This document shows positions 7,817-17,033 of a DNA stretch of 51,450 bases, one piece after another (within the stretch, counting starts at the first letter, position 1; each line of letters opens with the position of its first letter). The DNA is from Methanosaeta sp. UBA114 (GTDB lineage Archaea; Halobacteriota; Methanosarcinia; Methanotrichales; Methanotrichaceae): NCBI GenBank assembly GCA_002506335.1, contig DAXJ01000014.1, forward strand, positions 1 through 51,450. The letters run 5' to 3'. The position numbers were made by a program, and so were the translations under genes. A model generated the notes under the pieces. The model searched no databases. It was not told the DNA's origin and saw only the letters and a list, made by a program, of their open reading frames with translations.

Positions 7817-9304
7817 CTAGGGTATATCCCCCTCCGGTCTCTTGAGGGATCTGAGGCGGCTGTTACACCATCCATAGCTGATGTATATTAGAAGCCCAAG
7901 TCCAGTCCAGACTAGCATCCCCAACCAGGTCGACCCGGGCAACTGCACCATGATGCCAAGGCAGCTTACAAGCCCCGCCAGAGGTATCCAAGGTACTCCA
8001 GGGCACTTAAAGGGCCTGGCCAGATCAGGCTGGTGCTTTCTCAAGAGGAGCACTCCTCCACAGACTATGACAAAGGAGAGGAGATATCCTATGACCGTCG
8101 TATCTGCTAGCTTACCTATTGGGAAGAAAGCCGAACTTACCAGGGCCAAAAATCCTGAGACCACCGTAGCCCTGACCGGGGTTCCGAGGGTTGGGTGTAC
8201 ATGGGCGGCCCAGGCAGGAAGGAGCCCGTCACGGGCGATGGCCATACATAGGCGCGTCTGGATTAATAGGTTGCACATGATAACGCTGATGAAACCCGCT
8301 AATGCTCCGGCCGAGATTATAACCGATATTTGGTGCAATCCCACATCAACGAAGGCCGAGGCCACAGGGCTTATGGTATCTATCCTGTCCAAGGGCACCA
8401 TCCCGGTGATGACTATGCCCATGGCCACGTAGATCAGCGTACAGATGGCCATGGATCCGAGGATCCCCAGGGGGAGGTCTCTCTGGGGATTCTTAGACTC
8501 CTCGGCAGCCGAGGCCACGATGTCAAAACCCGGGAAAGCGAAGAACATGGTGGCGGTGACGCTTAGGATTCCAGGCAGGCCAAAGGGCGCGAAGGGTATC
8601 CAATTGCCGGGGTCGATGTAGAATGTCCCGGCACCTATCACCAGAAGGACCACGGCGATTTTTATCGCCACCATGGCCTTGGTGACCTTGACGGACTCCT
8701 TGATGCCTGCCAAGACTATAACCATAAGAATGGCTATTATAATGGCTGCTGGCAGGTCGAGGATGCCTCCATTCCATGGGTCCTTTACCATCCACTCGGG
8801 CAGAGAAATGCTAGCAACTCTGAGGAGGCCGACCAGGTATCCTGAAAACCCTTTGGCTACAGTGCTGGCCGTCAATATGTAGACCATCAACATATCCCAG
8901 CCTATCACCCATGCCACCAGCTCTCCCAAGGTGGCGTAGGTGTAGGTATAAATGCAGCCTGAAGCGGGGATCATGGCCGCTAGCTCTGAGTAGCAAAGGG
9001 CAGTGAATGTACAGGCCAGGCCCCCCAGGATGAGGGAGATGATGATAGCAGGGCCCGCGTTCTGGGCGCCCACACCTATGATCACGAAAATCCCAGCCCC
9101 AATGATACCTCCTATGCCAATGGATATGAGATCTATCGGCCCAAGAGCCCTGTGTAAGCCCTTTTTACATTCGGCTTCTTCTAAAATCAAGGATACTGGT
9201 TTTTTGGCGAAGGCAGGATGACCCTGTCCACTAGCTCTCATACCTCTGATTAACTTTAGCAACGATTTAAACGGATTTTGATAGATGTATGCACATATTC
9301 CCAT
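7817..9304 (-). CDS. APC-superfamily amino acid permease, cationic amino acid transporter-like
   Basis: 495 aa and polytopic, with LISIGIGGIIGAGIFV near the N-terminus. The real start may be the internal Met at 9241. The stop codon is TAG. Confidence 0.85.
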   Translation of the reverse strand: MGICAYIYQNPFKSLLKLIRGMRASGQGHPAFAKKPVSLILEEAECKKGLHRALGPIDLISIGIGGIIGAGIFVIIGVGAQNAGPAIIISLILGGLACTFTALCYSELAAMIPASGCIYTYTYATLGELVAWVIGWDMLMVYILTASTVAKGFSGYLVGLLRVASISLPEWMVKDPWNGGILDLPAAIIIAILMVIVLAGIKESVKVTKAMVAIKIAVVLLVIGAGTFYIDPGNWIPFAPFGLPGILSVTATMFFAFPGFDIVASAAEESKNPQRDLPLGILGSMAICTLIYVAMGIVITGMVPLDRIDTISPVASAFVDVGLHQISVIISAGALAGFISVIMCNLLIQTRLCMAIARDGLLPAWAAHVHPTLGTPVRATVVSGFLALVSSAFFPIGKLADTTVIGYLLSFVIVCGGVLLLRKHQPDLARPFKCPGVPWIPLAGLVSCLGIMVQLPGSTWLGMLVWTGLGLLIYISYGWCNSRLRSLKRPEGDIP

Positions 9305-9652
9305 TTACAGATGGTTGAACTAATCTTTAACAATGGAATAAGGCGCTGGAGCTATCAGGTTAGATAGGCCTCTGCTTCCCTCGTTTTTGGAAGGATTGTG
9401 GATAAACGTAGACGATCTCGAGATCTCAGGCCTTTTTTCTCTGGCCTACTACCTAAAACCCTCGACTACATCTTTATGGCCCTAAATATAAGGACAAAGA
9501 TCATAGGCTCACTCGGTCTCTTTCTATTCAGGAATATCGCCGGCATGTTCCGTAATAAGTTATGACTTTTGTCCTTATTAGCCCCTTCTCGAATCATCTA
9601 TAGGCTTCGTACACCTTCAACGGTAAAGGTAAGTCTGCAATAAAAAAAGGAT

Positions 9653-9775
9653 TTACTGGCAGGTATCAAGTAGAGACTTCTTCTTGCCAGCCCTATTGTC
9701 TCCGGGCTTCAGGGGTTCAACTACTGCTTCAGCCTTCTCTTCCTTATCGATCTTCTTCTCACCGGGGTGGGTCAT
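9653..9775 (-). CDS. Small ORF P3 (40 aa), sORF family member; not in the ORF track
   Basis: Hand translation gives MTHPGEKKIDKEEKAEAVVEPLKPGDNRAGKKKSLLDTCQ with a TAA stop. GAGGTGA lies 5 nt upstream of the ATG, and a T7 run (9642-9648) starts 4 nt after the stop. Confidence 0.6.
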   Translation of the reverse strand: MTHPGEKKIDKEEKAEAVVEPLKPGDNRAGKKKSLLDTCQ

Positions 9776-10027
9776 TTGTCTCACCTCAAACGACAATTAG
9801 CTCAAATTCTAATTAATGTTATCGCCTATAAACGATAATAAAATTAGTTTTATATGGATTTTGTTAGTTAATATGGATATAATGGGGGAGAGCTTATTGG
9901 ATATATGCTGATCAAAAGAAATGATTGACTAGAGATCAATATGAAATCTATCCCTTGGTGGGGTAATGGTCGCGTTAACAATAGCAACAATATATCTTAT
10001 GAAAAACAGACCTAGAAAAAGGAGGGG

Positions 10028-10810
10028 TCAGGTAGTAGTATAACCCCCATCGATGATAAGCTCACTTCCCGTCACGAACTTGGCCTCATCCGAGACCAGA
10101 TACAGGACCCCGTAGGCTATATCATTGGGCTCTCCTATGTGGCCAATGGGATGGAGGGCATCCAGCTCATTCTTAAGTCCCTCCACGCTCTTTCCCGTAG
10201 CCGCAGATTGCTCCTTCAGGAGGTTCTCCACCAGGGGCGTCCATATGAATCCCGGATGGATGGAGTTGACCCTGATCCCATCCTTGGCATAGAGCAGGGC
10301 GTCTATCTTGGCCATGACCCGGTTAGCGGCTTTGGATGCGTGGTAGGCTGGTATGTCTGGAGCGCCGATGATACCGTAGATGGATGACATGTAGATGATG
10401 TTGCCCCCTCCGCTCATCTTCAAGTAAGGAACGGCGTACTTGGTGCAGAGGAAGGCACCTGTGACGTTCACATCGAAGACCCATTCCCACTCCCGCTTGG
10501 TGTACTCATGGGTGGGCTTGTTGGGTCCCGCAACGCCAGCGTTGTTCACCAGGATGTCTATCCGGCGGTACTTATCGTAGACCTGCTTCATCAGCTCTTC
10601 TATCCTCTTCTCATCGGTCACATCCAGGCGGAAGTACTCGGCCTTGCCACCCTCACTGATGATCTCGCCCACGACCTTTTTACCCTCGTCCTGGGTCCTG
10701 CCTGTGACTATGGAGATGGCTCCTTCCTTGGCCAGGATCCTGGCTATTGCCTCGCCTATGCCGTAGGTAGACCCAGTTATAATGGCAACTTTATTTTCTA
10801 AATGTCCCAT
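10028..10810 (-). CDS. Short-chain dehydrogenase/reductase (SDR)
   Basis: TGSTYGIGEAIA (TGxxxGIG), NNAG and YxxxK (YHASKAA) motifs. Confidence 0.85.
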   Translation of the reverse strand: MGHLENKVAIITGSTYGIGEAIARILAKEGAISIVTGRTQDEGKKVVGEIISEGGKAEYFRLDVTDEKRIEELMKQVYDKYRRIDILVNNAGVAGPNKPTHEYTKREWEWVFDVNVTGAFLCTKYAVPYLKMSGGGNIIYMSSIYGIIGAPDIPAYHASKAANRVMAKIDALLYAKDGIRVNSIHPGFIWTPLVENLLKEQSAATGKSVEGLKNELDALHPIGHIGEPNDIAYGVLYLVSDEAKFVTGSELIIDGGYTTT

Positions 10811-11010
10811 GCCGTATCCCCGTAAAATTTTAGAGTCATTACATTATGCACGCACGGAGTATTAGAATGTAGCGTGTTCGAACGACGCTGTGAGATCGGT
10901 GTAGTATGTAAATAGCACGGTGTTAACGTTGCATAGAACGATGTCGGTACAACATAAGCCTTGAAAGGCGGTTTAAATCGATTAAAGAACTTAATTTATT
11001 GAAACGGCTT

Positions 11011-11450
11011 ATGGTAACTGTTGCTATCATAATGCTATCTTCAATTCGCACTTATGTAACTGCACAAGAGAATCCGCAGCCATTGGTGAATCATTGGGAT
11101 TCAGAGATTTTATGGCCGCATGGGACAACAAACACGCAGAGATTGATCGCAATTTGAGTGAAATAATTAACTTAAATGATTGGGTTTCAGTGATCAATGA
11201 TGTTCAGATATCCCTACCAGAACATTCGCTTCAGTCTGGCAAGACACTAAGGGTTCACCTTGGTAAAGGCGGGGATAACGATACAAATCTGTTCCTAGAC
11301 CACGCTGCTCCGCTGGATAATACAACTGGCGAGACTATATTGAAAAACGATACGGGGGTAACATCCGCGTCTTTAAGGTACGAAAACCGCGTCCACGGGT
11401 CCCCACCATGTGACATAACAGGTATAAGGACCACTGAGCTTTTGAAGTGA
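11011..11450 (+). pseudogene. Possible frameshifted secreted protein in a low-GC patch
   Basis: A signal-like MVTVAIIMLSSIRTYVTAQENP opens at 11011 in one frame. The 118-aa track ORF (11094-11450) continues in another frame. No family recognised. Confidence 0.25.
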
Positions 11451-11796
11451 TCTTTTTAGACTTCAATTGCCGTATCGAGATATCAACATTTGAAAATAGC
11501 ATCAACTAGATGCATTCATGCAGATAATTTAGTCGGCGCAAGCATGCCGAGGTTATAAGGGCACCACTGTTAGGTGCGGAATAACCATATTATTTCTGCT
11601 CTCGATGTTACTAGCGCACTATAACGTAGATCTTAGGTCTTATGATCATGCCTATGAATGTTCCTTTAATGCGTTCTATGGCCTCGGGACTAATAGTTAC
11701 GGTTCACTAGTGATTAGCAGTCTCTTACCGGACGAATTGCAGCCCTACAGGATAAGGGATAAAGTTTAGCAAAAAAGTGATGTTTAGGGGCCCTTT

Positions 11797-12960
11797 TTAG
11801 GGGCTATTCCTCTCAAGAATGCAGGTTGGATCCTCGCCCAGAAAATCCCCTAGGTAATACTGAGCCTTCTGCCTGCACCCTCCGCAGAGTTCAAGGTACT
11901 CGCACTCGCCGCAGGCTCCTTTGAGGTTCGACCTCATTCCCCTCAGAGCTAGAAGCTCGGGGGCCGGGTTATCCATCCATATATCCTTAAAGGGCCTCTC
12001 CCTGACATTTCCCACCACGACCTGGGGCATGAAATGACAGGGATGGACATCGCCTCTGTAGTTGATGTTGGCTACCTTGTTTCCCGTAGAACATCCCCCT
12101 GCATTGGCCAGAAGCTCCCTAACGCGCTCCCTCCTGGGGTCTCCTTTGAGCATCTCCAGGAGAAAAGCCCCGTCCATGGGGGAGTCGGTGGTCAGTATTT
12201 CTATCTCTTTATCTTTGAGCTCCACCGCAGCCTCGGCCAGGAGCTTGAGAACGCTTCTCCTCTGATCGGGAGTCACATCCTTATCGGCGATCTCAGCTCC
12301 CCTTCCGGTAGGCACCAGGTGGTAGAGGCAAAACCTCGGGACCCGCTCTTTTAAGGCCAGCTCCATGAGGGCGGCCACCTCGTACCAGTTGTCCTTGGTG
12401 AGGGTGATCCTGATGCCGGTCTTTAATCCTGCATCTCTAGCATTTCGTATTCCCTCTAAGGCCTTGGCGTGGGCTCCCGGTACTCCCCTGAAGGAGTCGT
12501 GCTTCTTCGCCACAGATGAGTCAAGGCTTACTCCTACGTATCCTATGCCAGCTTCCTTCATCAGGCGGGCGATCTCGGGGGTTATCAGGGTGCCGTTGGT
12601 GGATATCACTGTCCTGACGCCAGCTTCGCTGGCGTGGAAGGCATAGGCAAAGAAGTTCCTGCTCATCAATGGCTCTCCACCGGTGAAGATAATTACGGGC
12701 ACCTTCACCTCAGCCAGGTCGTCTATCAGGCGGATTCCTTCCTCTAAAGTAAGCTCATCGCTCCCTTCCGCCCTGGCGTCCATGTAGCAGTGCTGGCAGG
12801 CCAGGTTGCACCGGCGAGTAAGATTCCACATGATCACGGGCTTGGACTCAGTTGAGAACCTGATCATATCAGGGGAACACCTCTCACAGCCGCCATTGTG
12901 AGTCCTGAGAGCCTCCCAGACCGTGGCCTTATCGGCCAGAACCTTGGAGAAGATTATCAT
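11797..12960 (-). CDS. Radical SAM/SPASM enzyme of the NirJ/AhbC/AhbD (alternative haem biosynthesis) type
   Basis: CNLACQHC cluster motif, a C-terminal Cys-rich SPASM-like region (GGCSTG...HPCHF...CGECEYLELCGGC), and a 4-nt overlap with cobA-hemD. Confidence 0.7.
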   Translation of the reverse strand: MIIFSKVLADKATVWEALRTHNGGCERCSPDMIRFSTESKPVIMWNLTRRCNLACQHCYMDARAEGSDELTLEEGIRLIDDLAEVKVPVIIFTGGEPLMSRNFFAYAFHASEAGVRTVISTNGTLITPEIARLMKEAGIGYVGVSLDSSVAKKHDSFRGVPGAHAKALEGIRNARDAGLKTGIRITLTKDNWYEVAALMELALKERVPRFCLYHLVPTGRGAEIADKDVTPDQRRSVLKLLAEAAVELKDKEIEILTTDSPMDGAFLLEMLKGDPRRERVRELLANAGGCSTGNKVANINYRGDVHPCHFMPQVVVGNVRERPFKDIWMDNPAPELLALRGMRSNLKGACGECEYLELCGGCRQKAQYYLGDFLGEDPTCILERNSP

Positions 12961-14453
12961 TGGGTGCTCCTCAGCGCCTGAATCATGGATTCAAATGTGA
13001 ACTTCTCGGGCATCACGTCTACTCGTATCCCGAGGCGCTTAAGCTCTGCGGCCGTGGGTAGGCCTATTACCGCCACCCGGGCACTTTCCAAGGCCCTCCT
13101 AAGCTGCCCTTCCTGGTCCATCTCCTTGGCCCTCTCCATAAGATATCTGGCGGTGGTGGAGCTGGTGAATGCAAAGATATCTATCTCATCAGCCTTGAGG
13201 ATGAGATCATCCAGCCTCTTATCTCCCGAGGCCTTTACCTCGTAGAGGGGCACGTCGTCCACCTGCATGCCGGACTTCCTCAGGTCCTTGGCCAGATACT
13301 GATTTCCTTGGGCGCTCCTTAGAAAGATCACCCTGCCTTCTTTACCCGAGAGCATCTTCTCCAAGCCCGCGGAGCTATACTCCTCGGGCGTTGAGGAAGA
13401 GAACCCAAGCTTCTCCAGGGCAATCTTGGTCTTGGGGCCTATGGATATTATCTTCTTGCTTTTGAGGCTCCGAAGCAGAGATGGATTATTGGATGCGATA
13501 TCTACGCCGTTGGCGCTGGTGAAGACCACGCAATCTGAGGCCTCGACCCTGGATAGGATATCTTCTGGCAAGGGTTTCTTCTCCAGGGCGATGGCTGGAG
13601 CGCATACCGGGTCGAAGCCGGATTCCCTGGCGAGCCTGGAGGACTCGGCTGCCTGGGCATCGAGCCTTAGGATGGCGAGCTTCTTTCCGGCGCTTTGAGC
13701 ATTCCGGGCTTTTTGGCCCTTTTGGGCAAGCTTCTCCGTGAGGTTCACTACCTCTCCCACAACCAGGATCGCGGGGGGCTCCACCTTGGCGCCCTTGGCC
13801 TTCTGCACGATGTTCCCCAGGGTGCCGGTGATGAGCCTCTGTTCTGGCCAGCCTCCTTTCTCTACGATGGCAGCCGGCGTGTCCGGTGATTTTCCTTCGG
13901 AGATCAGGGCTCCCACGTTCTTATCCAGCCGGGAGACGCCCATGAGCACCACCAGGGTCCCACCAAGCTTGGCTATGGCCGACCAATCCAGGGGGCTGTC
14001 CTTTCCGGGATCCTCGTGGCCGGTGACTATGGTCAAAGAAGATGTGATGCCTCTGTGGGTTACGGGGATTCCAGCAAGCTCAGGGGCGGCTATGGCTGAT
14101 GTAACTCCCGGGACCACCTCAACGGGTATTTCCTCCGCCAGGAGGATCAGGGCCTCCTCGCCGCCCCTGCCGAAGAGGTAGGGATCGCCGCCCTTGAGCC
14201 TGACCACCATCTTTCCTTCCTTGGCCTTCTTCACCAGGAGGGCATTAATTTCGTCCTGGGTGAGCTTATGGTGGCTGGCGGACTTTCCCACGTCTATGAG
14301 CTCTTTGTTTTCAAGGCCTGAGAGCGTCTCGGGGCTGAGGAGCCTATCAAAGAGGATCACATCTGCTTGGGAGAGGAGCCTTTTTGCCTTGAGGGTCATG
14401 AGCTCCGGATCTCCGGGGCCTGCTCCCACTAGATAGACTTTACCGGGCTTCAA
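12957..14453 (-). CDS. cobA-hemD: Fused uroporphyrinogen-III C-methyltransferase / uroporphyrinogen-III synthase
   Basis: The N-terminal half has VYLVGAGPGDPELMTLKA...GGDPYLFGRGGEE (SUMT). The C-terminal half of about 250 aa is HemD-like. Confidence 0.85.
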   Translation of the reverse strand: MKPGKVYLVGAGPGDPELMTLKAKRLLSQADVILFDRLLSPETLSGLENKELIDVGKSASHHKLTQDEINALLVKKAKEGKMVVRLKGGDPYLFGRGGEEALILLAEEIPVEVVPGVTSAIAAPELAGIPVTHRGITSSLTIVTGHEDPGKDSPLDWSAIAKLGGTLVVLMGVSRLDKNVGALISEGKSPDTPAAIVEKGGWPEQRLITGTLGNIVQKAKGAKVEPPAILVVGEVVNLTEKLAQKGQKARNAQSAGKKLAILRLDAQAAESSRLARESGFDPVCAPAIALEKKPLPEDILSRVEASDCVVFTSANGVDIASNNPSLLRSLKSKKIISIGPKTKIALEKLGFSSSTPEEYSSAGLEKMLSGKEGRVIFLRSAQGNQYLAKDLRKSGMQVDDVPLYEVKASGDKRLDDLILKADEIDIFAFTSSTTARYLMERAKEMDQEGQLRRALESARVAVIGLPTAAELKRLGIRVDVMPEKFTFESMIQALRSTQ

Positions 14454-15357
14454 AGGCTTTCACCGCCTCTTCGATCAAAGCTTTGCCGCCCATATCTAGA
14501 AGCCTCCTTCCTAGGGCGGTGGCCTCTTCTGAGCTGCCCTCGGCAGGAAGATTCTCCTCCACTCGCACAAACCTGGTTCCATCCAGGGATAAGACTTCGG
14601 CCACCACCCTGGCCTTCTGGCCCGATATGTCCGCGTGGACCGCCATGGGAACGATGCATCCTCCCCCGACAGCTTCCAGTATCCGCCTCTCAATCATCGT
14701 CTCAGCTCTTGTGGGCAGGTCATCTATAGATTTTGCGTACTTCTCAGAAGAAGAACCCTTCTTGGCAACGGCTACAATGGTCCCCTGGTTGGCCGATGGG
14801 ACGAACCTCTCGGGATCCAGGACCTTGTACTTGAGATCCTTCAGCTCCAGGTTCATTCTCTGGACCCCCGCCTGGGCCAGAACTATGGCCCCGTACTTAC
14901 CCTCGTGCAGCTTCCTAAGCCTGGTCTGGAGATTTCCCCTAAGGCTTTCGATCTTCAGGTCAGGCCGAGCCCTCCTGAGCTGAGCAGATCTCCGCATGCT
15001 GGAGGTGCCTATGATCGCACCCTCCTTCAAATCCTCCAGGGAAGACCCATCGGAAGTCACCAGGATGTCGTAGGGCGAGTCGCGCTTGAGAACCGCTGCG
15101 ATTATCAGCTCCTCAGGCCTTTTGCTTGGGAGATCCTTCATGCTGTGCACCGCCAGATCGATCTCTCCGGAGAGCATTTTGTCATCTATCTCCGCCACAA
15201 AGACCCCCCATCCGGAGATCATGTGGAGGGGTTTGTCCAAGAAGACGTCGCCGCTGGTCTTCACTATGCAGAGCTCGGTCTGGATGCCAAGGTTAGATAG
15301 GCGCTCCAATACGATCTCCGTTTGCCTCAAAGCCAGGGGGCTTCCCCGGCTCCCCAC
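14440..15357 (-). CDS. hemC: Porphobilinogen deaminase (hydroxymethylbilane synthase)
   Basis: GSRGSPLALRQTE...TSGD...AVHSMKDLP...GTSSMRRSAQL...RGNLQTRLRKL. Confidence 0.9.
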   Translation of the reverse strand: MGSRGSPLALRQTEIVLERLSNLGIQTELCIVKTSGDVFLDKPLHMISGWGVFVAEIDDKMLSGEIDLAVHSMKDLPSKRPEELIIAAVLKRDSPYDILVTSDGSSLEDLKEGAIIGTSSMRRSAQLRRARPDLKIESLRGNLQTRLRKLHEGKYGAIVLAQAGVQRMNLELKDLKYKVLDPERFVPSANQGTIVAVAKKGSSSEKYAKSIDDLPTRAETMIERRILEAVGGGCIVPMAVHADISGQKARVVAEVLSLDGTRFVRVEENLPAEGSSEEATALGRRLLDMGGKALIEEAVKAFEAR

Positions 15358-15359
15358 GA

Positions 15360-16625
15360 TCAGCTTTTCAGGTTTAACTTAAAGGCCTCCAGGGTCTGGT
15401 CTAAGACTTCCTGACTGTGGGCTGTCGAGAGGAAGTCGGTCTCGTACTGGCTCGGAGTCAGGAACACTCCTGACGAGAGCATTTTTCGGAAGAGCTTGAG
15501 GTAGCTTGTTTTGTCGCAGCTCAGGGCCTCGGCGTAGTTGCGTGGCTCCTTTCCAAAGAAGACCTTGAACATGGATGCTATGCCTACGACGCTATAGGGA
15601 AGGCTCAAATCATTGACGATCTCCGAAAGAGCGCTCCTGAACTTATCCCCTGCAGCATTCAGCTTGTCTAACGCCCCCCCCTCTAGAATGTCCAAGGTGG
15701 CCCTGCCCGCTGCCAGGGGCACAGGGCTTCCATTGAATGTCCCTGCCTGGTAGATGCCTCCGCTTGGTGCTACCTGCTCCATGAGATCCCTTCTGCCTCC
15801 AAAGATGCCTATGGGGAAGCCACCTCCTACTATCTTGCCAAGTGTTGTGAGATCAGGCGTCACGTCGTAGTATTTCTGGGCCCCCCCTACGCTGAGCCTA
15901 AAGCCCGTGATCACCTCATCGAAGATCAAAAGAATTTCATTATCCTTAGTCGAGTCGCGCACGCCCTGTAGGTAGCCCTCTTTAGGCAGCACCGGCCCTA
16001 TATTCCCAAGGACAGGCTCCATGATGAGGCAGGCTATCTGGCCTTTGAATTTTCTTATAACCGCTTCCAGGGCCTTCAGGTCGTTATAGGGCACCTGAAG
16101 GGTGTTTTTAGCGGTATCCGCCGGCACCCCTTTGGAATCGGGAATGCCTAGGGTTGTGGCCCCGGAGCCTGCCTTGATGAGAGCACTGTCGTGGGCTCCA
16201 TGAAAGCCTCCCTCCACCTTGATGATCTTATCTTTGCCCGTGGCACCCCTGGCCACCCTTATGGCCGCCATGGTGGCCTCGGTCCCCGTGCTCACGAACC
16301 TGAGAATCTGGAGGCTTGGGTAGAGATTGGTGACTCTTTCTGCCATCTCCACCTCGATCTCGGAGGGCGTTCCATAGAGCCAGCCTTTCTGGAGCTGCTC
16401 CTCCACGGCCTTGATGACGGCGGGATTTCTGTGGCCCAGGATCATGGGTCCGTAGGCCAGACAGTAGTCGATGTACTTGTTACCGTCGACGTCCCAGAGG
16501 AAAGATCCCTCTGCCCTCGACGTGTAGAAGGGGAAGGGCTGTATCGCCCTCACAGGGCTGCTCACACCTCCCGGTAGGAGGCCACGGGCCTTGGCAAAAA
16601 GCCTTTCTGAGGCATCAGAACGCAT
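15360..16625 (-). CDS. hemL: Glutamate-1-semialdehyde 2,1-aminomutase
   Basis: [12 protein letters not shown]...YGPMILGH...class-III aminotransferase pattern. The track ORF begins at a TTG (16646), but the ATG at 16625 with an upstream GGTG is the likelier start. Confidence 0.9.
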   Translation of the reverse strand: MRSDASERLFAKARGLLPGGVSSPVRAIQPFPFYTSRAEGSFLWDVDGNKYIDYCLAYGPMILGHRNPAVIKAVEEQLQKGWLYGTPSEIEVEMAERVTNLYPSLQILRFVSTGTEATMAAIRVARGATGKDKIIKVEGGFHGAHDSALIKAGSGATTLGIPDSKGVPADTAKNTLQVPYNDLKALEAVIRKFKGQIACLIMEPVLGNIGPVLPKEGYLQGVRDSTKDNEILLIFDEVITGFRLSVGGAQKYYDVTPDLTTLGKIVGGGFPIGIFGGRRDLMEQVAPSGGIYQAGTFNGSPVPLAAGRATLDILEGGALDKLNAAGDKFRSALSEIVNDLSLPYSVVGIASMFKVFFGKEPRNYAEALSCDKTSYLKLFRKMLSSGVFLTPSQYETDFLSTAHSQEVLDQTLEAFKLNLKS

Positions 16626-17033
16626 TTGGGCGCACCACTTATTCAATCGGTGGATGATTAATCAATCTTGCGATCGCTTAAATCTCCGCGAAGGCGGCTA
16701 CGAAGATGAGCCCCTTTTTGCCCGAATCTTTCTCAGTAAGTTAACGGATAGGGAGCTTTATCTTGGAGGGAAATGAGGTTGTAGTTATATTGCTAGATAG
16801 ATTATCCTCCTTAAATTTTTAATGGTTTTAGCGCAAAGTTTATATAAAGACTTGGCTAAACTGAAGCATTATACTGAAACTGTAATGGTACTGGATAGGA
16901 TGGCTAGGGGGTTGATATCCCAGCAAGAGATGCCAGATTTGCCCTGTCGTGGGCAGGCTTCTCACGCCCTGGCCTTTGCTCCTATTCCAGGGATCCGCTC
17001 AGGATCACATCATGAGGATTAGAGGGGAGATTT

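Noticed and set aside
15674-15681. A C8 homopolymer inside hemL and a G8 homopolymer at 20527-20534, considered as possible phase-variation tracts.
   Set aside because: The hemL tract is in frame (it encodes Gly-Gly) within an intact essential gene. The G8 tract lies in an already dead MFS gene. There is no evidence of a switching function.
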